A stretch of DNA of 64,000 nt from Clostridia bacterium (GTDB lineage: Bacteria; Bacillota; Clostridia; HGM11514). The stretch is taken from assembly GCA_045586685.1 (NCBI GenBank), contig JAZNAU010000032.1, positions 1 through 64,000 on the forward strand. Direction: 5' to 3'. Each line of letters opens with the position of its first letter. The stretch's first letter is position 1. Under the pieces are notes generated by a model. The model was not told where the DNA came from, ran no database searches, and saw only the letters and a list, made by a program, of their open reading frames with translations. Positions 30,472 through 40,397 of this stretch are shown in pieces. A program made the translations under genes and the position numbers.

Positions 30472-30510
30472 CAAAAAATAATAATTGTTTCACTTATTAA
30501 ATGTAGATTT

Positions 30511-30975
30511 ATGAAAAAATTAATTTGGGTAGTAATGGCTGCCATTTTAAGTTTTGGTGTTGTGTCTTGTTCCAGTTCTGATGATGACCCCACAGAACAA
30601 GTTTCCAAAAACAAGGGAATCTTTAAAGTTGTGGTAACTCAAACAGGTGAATTGGATAAATTTGTTTTTTCTTCTTCTGTGAATGGGGGGGATGCTGCAA
30701 AAACGGGAATTTTTGAAAGTGGTACTTCTAAGGATTTAGGAATGGCTTATCAGTTAACCGATGCTGAAGCTTGTAGAAATACCTATTCTTATCAAACAGA
30801 CAAAAATGGAATGTTGCTGATGGCAACAGTTGGTGTCTATGCAAAAGATGGATATGAGGATAAAAAGATAACTATAAATATGAAATTGTATCTTGACAAT
30901 AAAATGTTGGGTGAAAAGGAAGAAACTTTTTCAGAAGGAGTTATCCAGATAAATTCTCATGATTATGTAAACTAA
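30511..30975 (+). CDS. lipoprotein
   Basis: probable start MKKLIW; lipobox VVSC followed by SSSDDD. Confidence 0.75.
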   Translation: MKKLIWVVMAAILSFGVVSCSSSDDDPTEQVSKNKGIFKVVVTQTGELDKFVFSSSVNGGDAAKTGIFESGTSKDLGMAYQLTDAEACRNTYSYQTDKNGMLLMATVGVYAKDGYEDKKITINMKLYLDNKMLGEKEETFSEGVIQINSHDYVN

Positions 30976-30986
30976 ATAATAGAATT

Positions 30987-31664
30987 ATGCCTGTCATTGT
31001 ATTTGCTAATCAAAAAGGAGGGGTAGGAAAATCTACTCTTGCTATAATGTATGCCAATCATCTTTCTGGTGTCAAAAATAAAAGGGTGACTGTTTGGGAA
31101 ACTGATGTCCAGAAGAGTATTTATGAACAAAGGAAGGATGATGAATTGACTTGGGGAAAGGAAAATATGAAATATGACGTTCATTACATACAATTAGATA
31201 CTCTTCAAAATTCTGAAGCAATGATGGTAGAAGCCAAAGAGGTCTATAAAGATGATATTGTCATTATTGATGTTCCTGGTAATATAACTGATAATTATAT
31301 TGCTCCTTTGTTGATTTATGCGGATTTTATTATTTGCCCATATATGTATGAAACAAAAGTTCTTCAAAGTACAACAACATTTATTAAAGTTTTGAAGAAA
31401 TTGAAGAAGATGTTTCCAGAAGTGATGAATCCTAAGATTCTTTATGTTCCTAATAATATCGATCCGAGAGAAGGTACAACAAAAGAACTTGAACAGCGAA
31501 TGCAGGTTGATGATATATTCAGAAAGAATGGTGGTGGAGAAGTTTTGCCTAAAATTCATCAGCGTGCCGATGTTAAGAGATTAAATACATATATGAATAC
31601 TCAAAAGCAGGAATACATAAGTTCTGCATGCTTTTCTCAACTCGATAAACATATTTTAGAATAA
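30987..31664 (+). CDS. ParA-family ATPase (TraA-like)
   Basis: NQKGGVGKST deviant Walker A, IIDVPG. Confidence 0.9.
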   Translation: MPVIVFANQKGGVGKSTLAIMYANHLSGVKNKRVTVWETDVQKSIYEQRKDDELTWGKENMKYDVHYIQLDTLQNSEAMMVEAKEVYKDDIVIIDVPGNITDNYIAPLLIYADFIICPYMYETKVLQSTTTFIKVLKKLKKMFPEVMNPKILYVPNNIDPREGTTKELEQRMQVDDIFRKNGGGEVLPKIHQRADVKRLNTYMNTQKQEYISSACFSQLDKHILE

Positions 31665-31723
31665 TTTTAATAATTTTATTATCATTTTATTTCTCTGTAA
31701 CAAATTAAAGCCATAATTTTGCC

Positions 31724-32125
31724 ATGTCAAATGAAAAAAATAAAAAAGGTGCTGTTTCTGCAAAGTTGCCAGGCGGCATAAGATCTTTGATATCAGATGA
31801 TGATGATACTCCTATCTTGGAACCAAAATTGAGTTCTTCTACAAAAGAAGAGAAAAAAAATTCTCTTAAAAAAGGGAATTCAATATTTGAGAAAGGAATG
31901 AGTATTGAAGAAAGAATCAAATTCTACAAGCAAAAGAGAATTGAAAAAGAATCTTTGTATGTGGATGAAGAAGTGAAACAAGTGTTAAAAGCTTATTGTT
32001 CAGCTAAAAAGGCTAATAAATGTAAGCTTACAGAGCTTGTTTCAGCAGCATTAAGTGAATTTATTGCAAACCATAACGATATGATTAAAGAGGCTATTCA
32101 AGAGAATAAAAATTTACTTGAATAA
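31724..32125 (+). CDS. ParA partner / TraB-like RHH protein
   Basis: basic N-terminus, SLYVDEEVKQ...LTELVSAAL; its stop codon lies within the right inverted repeat. Confidence 0.6.
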   Translation: MSNEKNKKGAVSAKLPGGIRSLISDDDDTPILEPKLSSSTKEEKKNSLKKGNSIFEKGMSIEERIKFYKQKRIEKESLYVDEEVKQVLKAYCSAKKANKCKLTELVSAALSEFIANHNDMIKEAIQENKNLLE

Positions 32126-32157
32126 TTGTTTCACAAATCGAACGTTTAATGAGAAGA
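32123..32157 (-). repeat. right inverted repeat
   Basis: TAATTGTTTCACAAATCGAACGTTTAATGAGAAGA. Confidence 0.9.
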
Positions 32158-32165
32158 AATAATTA

Positions 32166-32196
32166 AAAAAGGAACACTTTTATAGGTGTTCCTTTT
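32166..32196. terminator. bidirectional terminator just outside the right IR
   Basis: AAAAAGGAACAC-N8-GTGTTCCTTTTT; the same stem recurs at ~35224-35255. Confidence 0.75.
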
Positions 32197-32216
32197 TGCA
32201 TATAACGTAATTCAGT

Positions 32217-32462
32217 TTATAGTTGTTTCGAAAAAAAACTTCTTATTATTTCTTGTCTTGTCATCATCCTCCCTTCTGAGATAAGACATTCATAAGCATC
32301 TTTTCCACGCAATGGGAATAGGGTATGGTTAGTACTGTCAATCGTTTCGTCGGGTCTATTGGCCACAAATACATGGGTTGAGAAATCTTTCCTGTTGAAT
32401 ACCCAAGTATTGATATGATAATTGTCCAATGTAACAAGTTGTTGATGCAGCATGTATCTCAA
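32217..32462 (-). CDS. hypothetical protein
   Basis: 81 aa, coupled to the upstream ORF. Confidence 0.55.
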   Translation of the reverse strand: MRYMLHQQLVTLDNYHINTWVFNRKDFSTHVFVANRPDETIDSTNHTLFPLRGKDAYECLISEGRMMTRQEIIRSFFSKQL

Positions 32463-32722
32463 GCTTTGATTGGAGTATCGAAAACAGCCGGAAGTTCTTT
32501 CACTTTTACGATGATGGTCTTCATTGATTCTTTAACAATGGACTTGATGAAGTCTTTGCATAGCAACAGTTCCCGCTTATATACAATGGACAATACCTTT
32601 CCTAATAGGAACGGAGCGGCAAACAAAACAATCATACAATACAATGATTTGTCCAATAAATAGATGAACATTAGGGAAGTGAACAGTAATGCTACTGCAA
32701 ACATTTGAATGATACTTTTCAT
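32459..32722 (-). CDS. small membrane protein
   Basis: two hydrophobic segments; follows the structured leader. Confidence 0.6.
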   Translation of the reverse strand: MKSIIQMFAVALLFTSLMFIYLLDKSLYCMIVLFAAPFLLGKVLSIVYKRELLLCKDFIKSIVKESMKTIIVKVKELPAVFDTPIKA

Positions 32723-32735
32723 GTTATTCTTTATA

Positions 32736-32791
32736 TTTTGGCTGTAAGGCTCAGCCGGGTTACTATTACAACAGGATAGCCTTCATATCCC
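32736..32791 (-). ncRNA. structured 5' leader, copy 1
   Basis: 55/56 identical to 44957-45012; three hairpins; immediately after the family-2 promoter at 32796-32828. Confidence 0.6.
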
Positions 32792-32876
32792 ACTGCAAAT
32801 ATATAAATAATAAATGATAGTATCAAATAATAATAAATAAATATTCTGATATATATTTATTTATCTAAATTTAAAT

Positions 32877-33293
32877 CTAAATATTTCCTCTTAATTGGTA
32901 GTTTTCGATAGTAAGTTGCTTGTTTTTCTCTTTTTCCTTTTCTAATTCTTCGACCAAGAATTTGATTCTTTCGTCTCTTTTGAATTCCTTGAATTCACTT
33001 TTTGAGAGGTTACTGACGGTAGCGACGGTATTCTTTAACTTGGTATTCTCTTCTTTCAGCTTATCCATTCGGGCCAGTTCCTTGTCTGCCGTTTCCAGTT
33101 GTCTTTGTAAGCAGCTTATTCTTTGTTCCTGTGTGACATATTCATTGAGTCTTGTCTCTTCCTGGTTTGATTCTATATAATCCTGAAGACACGTCATGCC
33201 CTCAAGGAATGCCTTCAATTCTTTCTCATTCCTTTTCCCTGTTGTTTCATACTCCTTCAGGAGTATTGTTTTTATATGGTTGAAATCAGTCAT
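32877..33293 (-). CDS. coiled-coil hypothetical protein
   Basis: 138 aa, overlaps the resolvase stop. Confidence 0.6.
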   Translation of the reverse strand: MTDFNHIKTILLKEYETTGKRNEKELKAFLEGMTCLQDYIESNQEETRLNEYVTQEQRISCLQRQLETADKELARMDKLKEENTKLKNTVATVSNLSKSEFKEFKRDERIKFLVEELEKEKEKNKQLTIENYQLRGNI

Positions 33294-33936
33294 TTTTTCT
33301 GTTGTTCTTATCCACCAATTCCTTCTTTATCCGTTGGATGGTGGAAACGGATTTGTTTACCAGTTTGGCCACATTTCTAATGGAATATCCTCTATTGAGT
33401 AGGGTAATGGCTTCCCTGTATTCTTCCAGTTTCTTTTCCTTCGACTTTCTGCTTCCCGTTTTTCTCCCTAATTTCCCGCCTTTTTCTATATAGAGTTTTC
33501 TTCCGCTTTGTAGCCGGTCAACAATACCTTGCCATTCGATATTGGACAATTCAGCGAGTATGGTCGTGATGATCGAAGTAATGGGATTTATCCTTCCATC
33601 AGGAAGTAGCGTTTCCACATTGATATTTTGGATATAGACATTGATTCTGTTTTTATGCAGTTCTTCGATTGTCTTCAGAACTTCAAGTGTAGTTCTTCCC
33701 AATCTTGATATTTCCGTTACCAGTAACATGTCTGCCTGTTGCTCGATGCAGAAGGTTATACAGTTCTGAAGAACCTCCCTTTCTGAATTTCTCTTTTTCC
33801 CGGATATGTGTTCTTCAAAGCTGCCGATAATGGCATATCCCCGGCTGATGGCGAATCGTTCAAGTTCTGCCACCTGCCGTTGTGTAGATTGCCTGTTCCC
33901 TTGGGAACTGACACGGGAATATAGGACTACATTCAT
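33286..33936 (-). CDS. serine resolvase
   Basis: YSRVSS, TEISRLGR, LGRKTG, HTH YSIRNVAKL..KSVSTIQRIK. Confidence 0.9.
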   Translation of the reverse strand: MNVVLYSRVSSQGNRQSTQRQVAELERFAISRGYAIIGSFEEHISGKKRNSEREVLQNCITFCIEQQADMLLVTEISRLGRTTLEVLKTIEELHKNRINVYIQNINVETLLPDGRINPITSIITTILAELSNIEWQGIVDRLQSGRKLYIEKGGKLGRKTGSRKSKEKKLEEYREAITLLNRGYSIRNVAKLVNKSVSTIQRIKKELVDKNNRKND

Positions 33937-33938
33937 TT

Positions 33939-34610
33939 TCAGAGATACTTTGCTATTGTATCCACCACTTTGTCTATTGTAGATAAAGAATCAGGAAGGT
34001 CTTCATCTATCCAGTTTAACAATTCCATTATTTTATCGTGCATTCCTGAAGCATAAGATAAATTCTTTCTACCATTGACAAAGCAGATGGGTTCATTATG
34101 ATTTATTCTATTTCTGAATTCTCTAATCTCAATTATCCTTTTGTTGATATCGGTACGATCAATGTTTGCAGGTTTATTCTTAAATATGGATAAAGGAATA
34201 CCGGATAAGACGGCATATGGTTTCTTCTCAAACATGCTATTCCAGAATCCAAGATTCTGTTCTGCAATTATTCTTCCATGAGTGATTGCTATACCATTGT
34301 CTGTAAGTTTCTTTTCCGCCTTTGTTACTTCTCCTTTCATCCAATATTTGCTTCCAAGCCTACGGTCTTGCATGAACCCGTTCTTTTGATTGATAATCCA
34401 TTCCTTATCATTAAAGTGAGCTGCTAAAGCATAGTGAAGTTGATTTCTCAAAATAACTTCAAATGAACCGAGGAGAGGATGAAAAGCCTGTGCCAATTCT
34501 AAATTGGCCTGATATAATTCCATAGCTCTTTGTTTGTTTTTTCCTACAGCCCGGAAATATTTGTTTATTCTTTGATAAGAATAAAATCTTATAAATTTTC
34601 TGTAATTCAT
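33939..34610 (-). CDS. Abi-like (AbiD/AbiF, Abi_2-type) HEPN protein
   Basis: probable start MNYRKF; LYQAN, FEVILRN, NLGFW, RNRINH (RxxxxH) EPI. Confidence 0.8.
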   Translation of the reverse strand: MNYRKFIRFYSYQRINKYFRAVGKNKQRAMELYQANLELAQAFHPLLGSFEVILRNQLHYALAAHFNDKEWIINQKNGFMQDRRLGSKYWMKGEVTKAEKKLTDNGIAITHGRIIAEQNLGFWNSMFEKKPYAVLSGIPLSIFKNKPANIDRTDINKRIIEIREFRNRINHNEPICFVNGRKNLSYASGMHDKIMELLNWIDEDLPDSLSTIDKVVDTIAKYL

Positions 34611-34642
34611 TGTTTTTCCAAAAAATATTCCTACCTTTGTAC

Positions 34643-34724
34643 CGTAATGCTTGGTTCCTCCTCTGTTATCAAGACATGAAACCAAGTTCAGGATATACCC
34701 ATTCCATCAAGGAGTGGGTTTTTT
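34643..34724 (+). ncRNA. putative ~80-nt sRNA antisense to the abi leader
   Basis: -7 TACCTTTG at 34632-34639; stem CTTGGTT/AACCAAG; terminator ACCCATTCC-ATCAA-GGAGTGGGT-TTTTT. Confidence 0.6.
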
Positions 34725-35915
34725 ATTTACTGCAAAGATACTCTTTTTTGTTTATTCAGATGTTATTATTCCTTCTATTTCTATACATTCTTGTATCAAA
34801 TTGTAAGTCAGATAGTTATTTGATTATTTAATATTTATGATAAAAATATGCTAATAATATTTGTTTTTGTCATTTATTATATTTAATTTTGTAGAAGATA
34901 GTAATAAAAAGAAAATATAAGAAACAGAAATGAATAATAGATTATAAAAACATATTAAAAACGTAGCCTAAATGTCCTTATTGATGTGGGGATTTTAGTA
35001 TAGGAAGGGACTATACCATTCGGCTATTCGAATGACAGTCTCTTTTTTTGTACCTAAAATTTTAGTTCTTAAAACATATAATATTATGGATGTTCTCATG
35101 GTTATGATTGGCATAATACAGATATGGATTATGCTGAAGAAGAATGAAAAGAAGGATTGACAATAACTTTGGGTATAATATATTCCGCCGCTATTTTTAT
35201 GGAATTCCAAAGTTTGCAGATTTAAAAAGGAACACCTGCCAGTGTTCCTTTTTTTATATATAAAAATAATAAGAGTTATAATATAACTCCACCGCTATTT
35301 GAGCCCATTTATCTACAGCCAAATCCCGCAAAAATTACGGGCTTTCAAATATAGGGAAAATAATTTGATTGACGAAATAATAATAGAAAAAAATACAACC
35401 AAAATAAAAAATATTCCCTATTCTCTTGAAAATAACTTTCCATTTATCTATATTTTATATAGACATTGATAGTGTCTTTAAAAATAATTTAAAAAACAAT
35501 ATTTGTAATGATTAAACTCTCATTGAAATGTTTGGATTTATTGGAAGTTAATTTCGAGTGTTCCGCGAATAACAGTAACGGAAACTCACAGGTTGTACCT
35601 GGTTCTTTTATAGACAGGATTGTTTCATGGTCTCTCGCCATAGGAACCTTAATAGGAATATGGAAATGTATGATTATTCCAATGTTATAATTGATAATTT
35701 CTTTCCCTATTGTTGAAATGATTCCCGGTCGATGCGAAATATGAGTTGGAGAATTATGTATTATAGAATAGAGTGGGGGAGGAACGTTCTCCTCCCTTAC
35801 CTTTTGTACCTATAAAAGTCAAAGATTAAAAATACAACAACAGGGAAGTGTATTTATTATATGTTTATAGATTTATTTGAATACACTTGTTTTTTGAATA
35901 CAAATTGTAACATTT

Positions 35916-36338
35916 TCATTTCTTCTCTGCCATTTTTCGGGTTGCCTCTTTGACTTTCTCTGCTGCAGCTTTCATTTCATCCAAGAAGAAGTCAGGATTG
36001 AACCGAACTTTCCTGATTGAATCTTCCTCCGTTATCATTATGAATCTTTTTATGATTTCCATGTCAACGGGAATTCCTGAAGGAGTTACAAGCATTTCTT
36101 TCACATCTTCCGCTATGGTTTCCTGATTGTTCTTCAGATGTTCAATAACATTGTTCCACCTTCTGCTTATTTCCTGGCTGGTAGAGCTGTTACCGGAAAA
36201 TTCCACACGATCGAGGAGGGGAAGTATTGACTTGTACATTCTTTCCACCGTTCCTGGAATGCTGTCTCTTTTCTGGTTCTGTGAGTAAGCTGTTCCAAAA
36301 TTCAGTACCAATATAATAAAGGGTATAACTATTTTCAT
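35916..36338 (-). CDS. exported hypothetical protein
   Basis: signal peptide. Confidence 0.6.
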   Translation of the reverse strand: MKIVIPFIILVLNFGTAYSQNQKRDSIPGTVERMYKSILPLLDRVEFSGNSSTSQEISRRWNNVIEHLKNNQETIAEDVKEMLVTPSGIPVDMEIIKRFIMITEEDSIRKVRFNPDFFLDEMKAAAEKVKEATRKMAEKK

Positions 36339-36664
36339 TTAAATGTCCTCCACATTTTAATTTGTAGTTCATCAACTTGTGCTTGAATCTCTACCCAATT
36401 ATTAGTTCTGATAGCAGGCATAAAATGTAATTTTAATAAATCCCTGGTATATTCATATTTCATGAGTTTAGGTATGGTATTCTTTATATCGTCGCAAACT
36501 ATCTTGGCTATTTCTTTTTCATTTATACTGATATTCATAAATGATAAATAATGTATTACTGCCTTCAAGAATGATATATGACTCATTTTCCAAAAGCCGG
36601 ACATTCCAAGTGACTGATAGAATTCAATCAGTGAGTCATCTTTTATTATAAATTTATTCTCCAT
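36335..36664 (-). CDS. hypothetical protein
   Basis: probable start MENKFII downstream of topB. Confidence 0.55.
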   Translation of the reverse strand: MENKFIIKDDSLIEFYQSLGMSGFWKMSHISFLKAVIHYLSFMNISINEKEIAKIVCDDIKNTIPKLMKYEYTRDLLKLHFMPAIRTNNWVEIQAQVDELQIKMWRTFK

Positions 36665-36683
36665 ATATATTTTTTCCCTATTG

Positions 36684-38798
36684 TTAATTCCATTTGAATG
36701 TAAATTTCCCATCCTTACCCAATATCAGTTTTGCTTCAAAGAAATTTCCATCCTTATTCTTCAGTTTTACTTTTCCTTTGGTCTCTCCATTTTCAAGGAT
36801 TTCCTTTAGATCCTTTTCGGTCAGTTTTCTCTGACATACTGTTCTCCAGAAGAAGAATCCACAATTTTCTTTGTCCTCACATCTGCACACCTTATCTGTG
36901 ACAATAATTTTTCCTCCACATTTAGGGCACTCAAGCAGTAAGTCTTTTCCCTTTTCTTGTTTTACCATGGTGGATGTGATGCGGATGGCCAGCAGTTCTT
37001 CCGTACATTTTCTGGTGTAGTTCCTAATTTCTTCATTGAATCTTTCTACACCGATTTTGCCGGATTCAATCTTACCCAATGCGTTTTCCCACTTTCCGGT
37101 CAGTTCTACATTGGCAATCTGCATATCCTTTACTTTTTCATAAAGGGCCAGTCCTTTTTCTGTTGGCAAAAGAGTTTTCTTTTCCCGGACAACATATTTT
37201 GTGCGGAGAAGTTTTTCGATTGTTTCCGCTCTTGTAGCTGGTGTACCTATTCCTATATTTTTCAATGCTTCCCGTTCTTCTTCGTTCTCCAGTTCTTTCC
37301 CTGCCGTTTCCATCAATGCAAGGAGGGAGCTTTCTGTAAGCAAAGCCGGTGCTTTTGTCTTCTTATCCAAGACTTCCAGTTTCTCCAGTGGAATGATTTC
37401 ATCCGTCTTCAATGAGGGTAATTGTGTATTCTCGTCTTCAGGAACATTGTTTTTCTCATTGAATACAGCTTTCCATCCGGGAACCTTTATAACACTACCT
37501 TTGGCTATAAAAACGAAGTTATCCATTCCATCAGCGATGATATGGACGGTTGTAATGTCCTTTTCTTCTTTCGGTGATACCGTTTCAAGCATTCTTCCGA
37601 GAATCATTTCGTATAATTTCCTTTCTCCTTCCGTCATTTCACCTTCTTTTGGTATGTTTTCCGTTGGTAACAGAGCGTGATGGTCGGTCACTTTGGATGC
37701 ATTTACGGATATTTTTCCAAGAGATTTTCCATTCATGGACTTTGCATATACCGAAAATTTAGGATACAGTTCTGCATTCCTTATAAGTTCCGGCAAGGTA
37801 TCATATACATCATCAGGAATGTATCTTGAACCTGTACGGGGATATGTTACCAATTTCTTTTCATAGAGAGATTGACAGAGTTTCAGCGTCATTTCAGCGG
37901 AGAATCCGTATTTGCTGTTCGCCTCTTTCTGAAGTGCTGTCAAGTCATACAATAGCGGTGGTATAGAATAGCCCGGTTTCTTCTCCACTTTGCAAACTTT
38001 GATATATGCCGCTTCTCCTATTGTTTTTAGCATCTCCAGTGCATCTTCCTTCAGTTTGAATTTGGTCTGGTTGAATGCACAGAATCGTATTCCAGTCTTG
38101 CTGCTTGTCAGCTTCAAAGTATGGAACGGTTCAGGAACGAAATTTCTGTTTTCAATGAACCTTCTGCATATCATGGAAAGGGTAGGGGTCTGTACCCTGC
38201 CCACTGACCATACACTACCGTCATTCACATTGATGGTGGTTGCCCTTGTCCCGTTCATTCCGATAAGCCAGTCCGCTTCGGATCGTGCTTTACCTGCTGC
38301 GAAGAGATTGTCGTATTCCGATATTGGTCTGAGATTTTCCATACCTTCCCGGATGGACTTGTCTGTTAGCGAAGAAATCCACAATCTTTTTACAGTGGCT
38401 TGTATTTTCGCTTGTTCCTGAACATATTCAAATATATATCTGAATATTAGTTCCCCTTCTCTTCCGGCATCAGTCGCAACGATTATCGTATCAGATTTTC
38501 TAAAAAGAGACGTGATGGTTTTCAACTGCTTTTTATAGAGTGATTCAGTTTTCTTGTCTCTGCTTTCAATCGTTCTTGTTCTGAACTTGTCCGGCAAGAT
38601 GGGTAGTTTTTCTTTTTCCCATTTACCTCCGTACCCATATACGTCCGGTGGAGCCAGTTCTATCAGATGACCGAATGCCCAAGTTATACAATACCCGTTT
38701 CCGGAAATGAATCCGTCTTCCCTTTTCCTTGCACCTACTACAGCGGCTATTCCTGCTGCTACGGAAGGTTTTTCTGCTATTATAGTTATCATAGTCAT
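36684..38798 (-). CDS. topB: DNA topoisomerase III (type IA)
   Basis: IAEKPSVA, ATDAGREGELI, GRVQTPTL, TYPRT, GIGTPATRA, C-terminal Zn ribbon. Confidence 0.95.
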   Translation of the reverse strand: MTMITIIAEKPSVAAGIAAVVGARKREDGFISGNGYCITWAFGHLIELAPPDVYGYGGKWEKEKLPILPDKFRTRTIESRDKKTESLYKKQLKTITSLFRKSDTIIVATDAGREGELIFRYIFEYVQEQAKIQATVKRLWISSLTDKSIREGMENLRPISEYDNLFAAGKARSEADWLIGMNGTRATTINVNDGSVWSVGRVQTPTLSMICRRFIENRNFVPEPFHTLKLTSSKTGIRFCAFNQTKFKLKEDALEMLKTIGEAAYIKVCKVEKKPGYSIPPLLYDLTALQKEANSKYGFSAEMTLKLCQSLYEKKLVTYPRTGSRYIPDDVYDTLPELIRNAELYPKFSVYAKSMNGKSLGKISVNASKVTDHHALLPTENIPKEGEMTEGERKLYEMILGRMLETVSPKEEKDITTVHIIADGMDNFVFIAKGSVIKVPGWKAVFNEKNNVPEDENTQLPSLKTDEIIPLEKLEVLDKKTKAPALLTESSLLALMETAGKELENEEEREALKNIGIGTPATRAETIEKLLRTKYVVREKKTLLPTEKGLALYEKVKDMQIANVELTGKWENALGKIESGKIGVERFNEEIRNYTRKCTEELLAIRITSTMVKQEKGKDLLLECPKCGGKIIVTDKVCRCEDKENCGFFFWRTVCQRKLTEKDLKEILENGETKGKVKLKNKDGNFFEAKLILGKDGKFTFKWN

Positions 38799-39235
38799 TA
38801 TTGCTTGTAGAAATATACGTCCATTAAGGCAGTTTCATTGCATGATGCTATGATATAGTCTGCCATGCTTCCTTTCATGTTATCTTCCAGTTTCTTTACT
38901 GAATCCTTGAAGTCCACTGCCTGTACAAGAACCATACATGGAGTTTTCTTTTCCTTACCGCTCTTTTCATCAAGAACAATGAACTGTAGTTTGAATTTGA
39001 ACCACCTGTCCGCATTAGTGTCTGCCGATTGGATGACCTCCGAATAATTGGCTCTTTTTATATCGGTCACATTGAATTCCCCTTTGATGAAAGGTGTTAT
39101 TTCTTCGATGATTCTTCCTTCCGCTTCCGTAAAGCTGAAAGCGTCGACAAGATACGGTTCCGTCACTTTTTTTTCCACTCCGTTTTCCATTGTCTTTTCA
39201 TATCGAATCTTACATTCGAACCAATTCTTTGCCAT
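38798..39235 (-). CDS. DUF4494-like protein
   Basis: WFECKIRYEK...YLVDAFSFTEAE, DEKSGKEK. Confidence 0.8.
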   Translation of the reverse strand: MAKNWFECKIRYEKTMENGVEKKVTEPYLVDAFSFTEAEGRIIEEITPFIKGEFNVTDIKRANYSEVIQSADTNADRWFKFKLQFIVLDEKSGKEKKTPCMVLVQAVDFKDSVKKLEDNMKGSMADYIIASCNETALMDVYFYKQ

Positions 39236-39356
39236 AATAGATAATATTTAATACTGAAAAGCCCTCTTGATATCCCATCAAAAGGGCTATTATAGTTTTT
39301 AAGTTTATAAATAATCCTTTGCCGCTGCTGATAAATGACAAAGGAAATGCTCATTT

Positions 39357-39442
39357 GCAAATTTCGTTTGTGTTGTTATCAAAAAATTCACTTTTGGAAG
39401 AAAGGTGCAAAAAAAAGTCCTGTGATTCACATCACAGGACTT
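39357..39442 (-). promoter_or_regulatory. family-1 motif plus hairpin (copy B)
   Basis: near-identical to 16747-16832. Confidence 0.8.
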
Positions 39443-39485
39443 CCTTAACACCATGAAAAACATTATTTTTACAATAGGGAAAGGA

Positions 39486-39887
39486 CTATTTATGTGCTTC
39501 CCATTCAATCGTAATTACCGCATCGAGTTTACCTGTCCCTTTACATATCTCACAACCGGCCCCATGACATGAACTGCACTGATGGTTCATAATGGTTATT
39601 TGTTCCTTATTGTTGTATTCAAGGAACATTGGTGGTGATATGACTATTATCGAATTGTTTCTTGACTTTCTATCTTTCCTCCTTATACCTTTGAATTTCA
39701 TTTCCTTTTTTAAGAACAAAAGCATTTTTTCGGTTTCATGTCCGCTACGATGTTGTGCCTTAAGACACTGACTTTTATCCAATCCGGCTTCATGTATCAG
39801 ATCGGCTGCCATCGCCGGTCTGTCCTGCACCAATACAAGATGTTGTACTGTAAACCATATTCCGTCAATAAACCGTTCCTTTTCCAT
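39486..39887 (-). CDS. hypothetical protein with CxxCxGxG zinc motif
   Basis: CSSCHGAGCEICKGTG. Confidence 0.6.
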   Translation of the reverse strand: MEKERFIDGIWFTVQHLVLVQDRPAMAADLIHEAGLDKSQCLKAQHRSGHETEKMLLFLKKEMKFKGIRRKDRKSRNNSIIVISPPMFLEYNNKEQITIMNHQCSSCHGAGCEICKGTGKLDAVITIEWEAHK

Positions 39888-39909
39888 TAGAAAGTTCCTT
39901 TCCCTATTG

Positions 39910-40377
39910 TTATAAGTTGTGGTTTTGGCAGTGCATGGCCATATTATCCCTAAAATTCAAGAATGCTGTTGCTGTTTCCTCATTTTTAATGAATGAATTG
40001 TCTTCAAGCCATTCCTTCCATTCTTCAGAGAGTTCCTCCTGTCTTTCTATAAATTCGACGGTACTTATTTCTCCGTCCTGTAGCTGTTGTACAAGATTAT
40101 CATATTCATCCATATCATCATCTGTTCCTTTTTTCCCATATTGGTTGACATAGATGAATTTTTCAATATCATCTCCACAATCTATTATACCCTTGTCCAT
40201 AATCCAATCATTCCTGTTTTGGAAGCTTCTGTATATTTTCCCGTCAGGGAATGACTCTATACAGTTCTGTAAGGTATTCACTAAATAACCGGCATCTTGT
40301 CCGCCTGTTTTGGCAAGGATTCTTTCAAAGACATCGATGTCAAAACATTTCTTGTTGAAGCATACTGCATGTACCAT
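39910..40377 (-). CDS. hypothetical protein
   Basis: 155-aa acidic ORF in operon. Confidence 0.6.
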   Translation of the reverse strand: MVHAVCFNKKCFDIDVFERILAKTGGQDAGYLVNTLQNCIESFPDGKIYRSFQNRNDWIMDKGIIDCGDDIEKFIYVNQYGKKGTDDDMDEYDNLVQQLQDGEISTVEFIERQEELSEEWKEWLEDNSFIKNEETATAFLNFRDNMAMHCQNHNL

Positions 40378-40397
40378 AATTCCTATTTTATAATATA

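Larger units (their letters stand above)
25251..32157. mobile_element. putative 6.9-kb invertible segment (invertase-rep-iterons-oriT-mob-traA/B)
   Basis: 35-bp inverted repeats with a serine recombinase immediately inside the left repeat. Confidence 0.75.

Noticed and set aside
25251-32157. Inverted repeats as transposon/IS ends
   Set aside because: No transposase or target duplication; the sites have hix/Mpi-like dyad structure beside a serine invertase
39163-39508. Short ORFs across the family-1 module
   Set aside because: They are translations of the repeated regulatory sequence; the same peptide appears in the false N-terminal extension of the HU ORF
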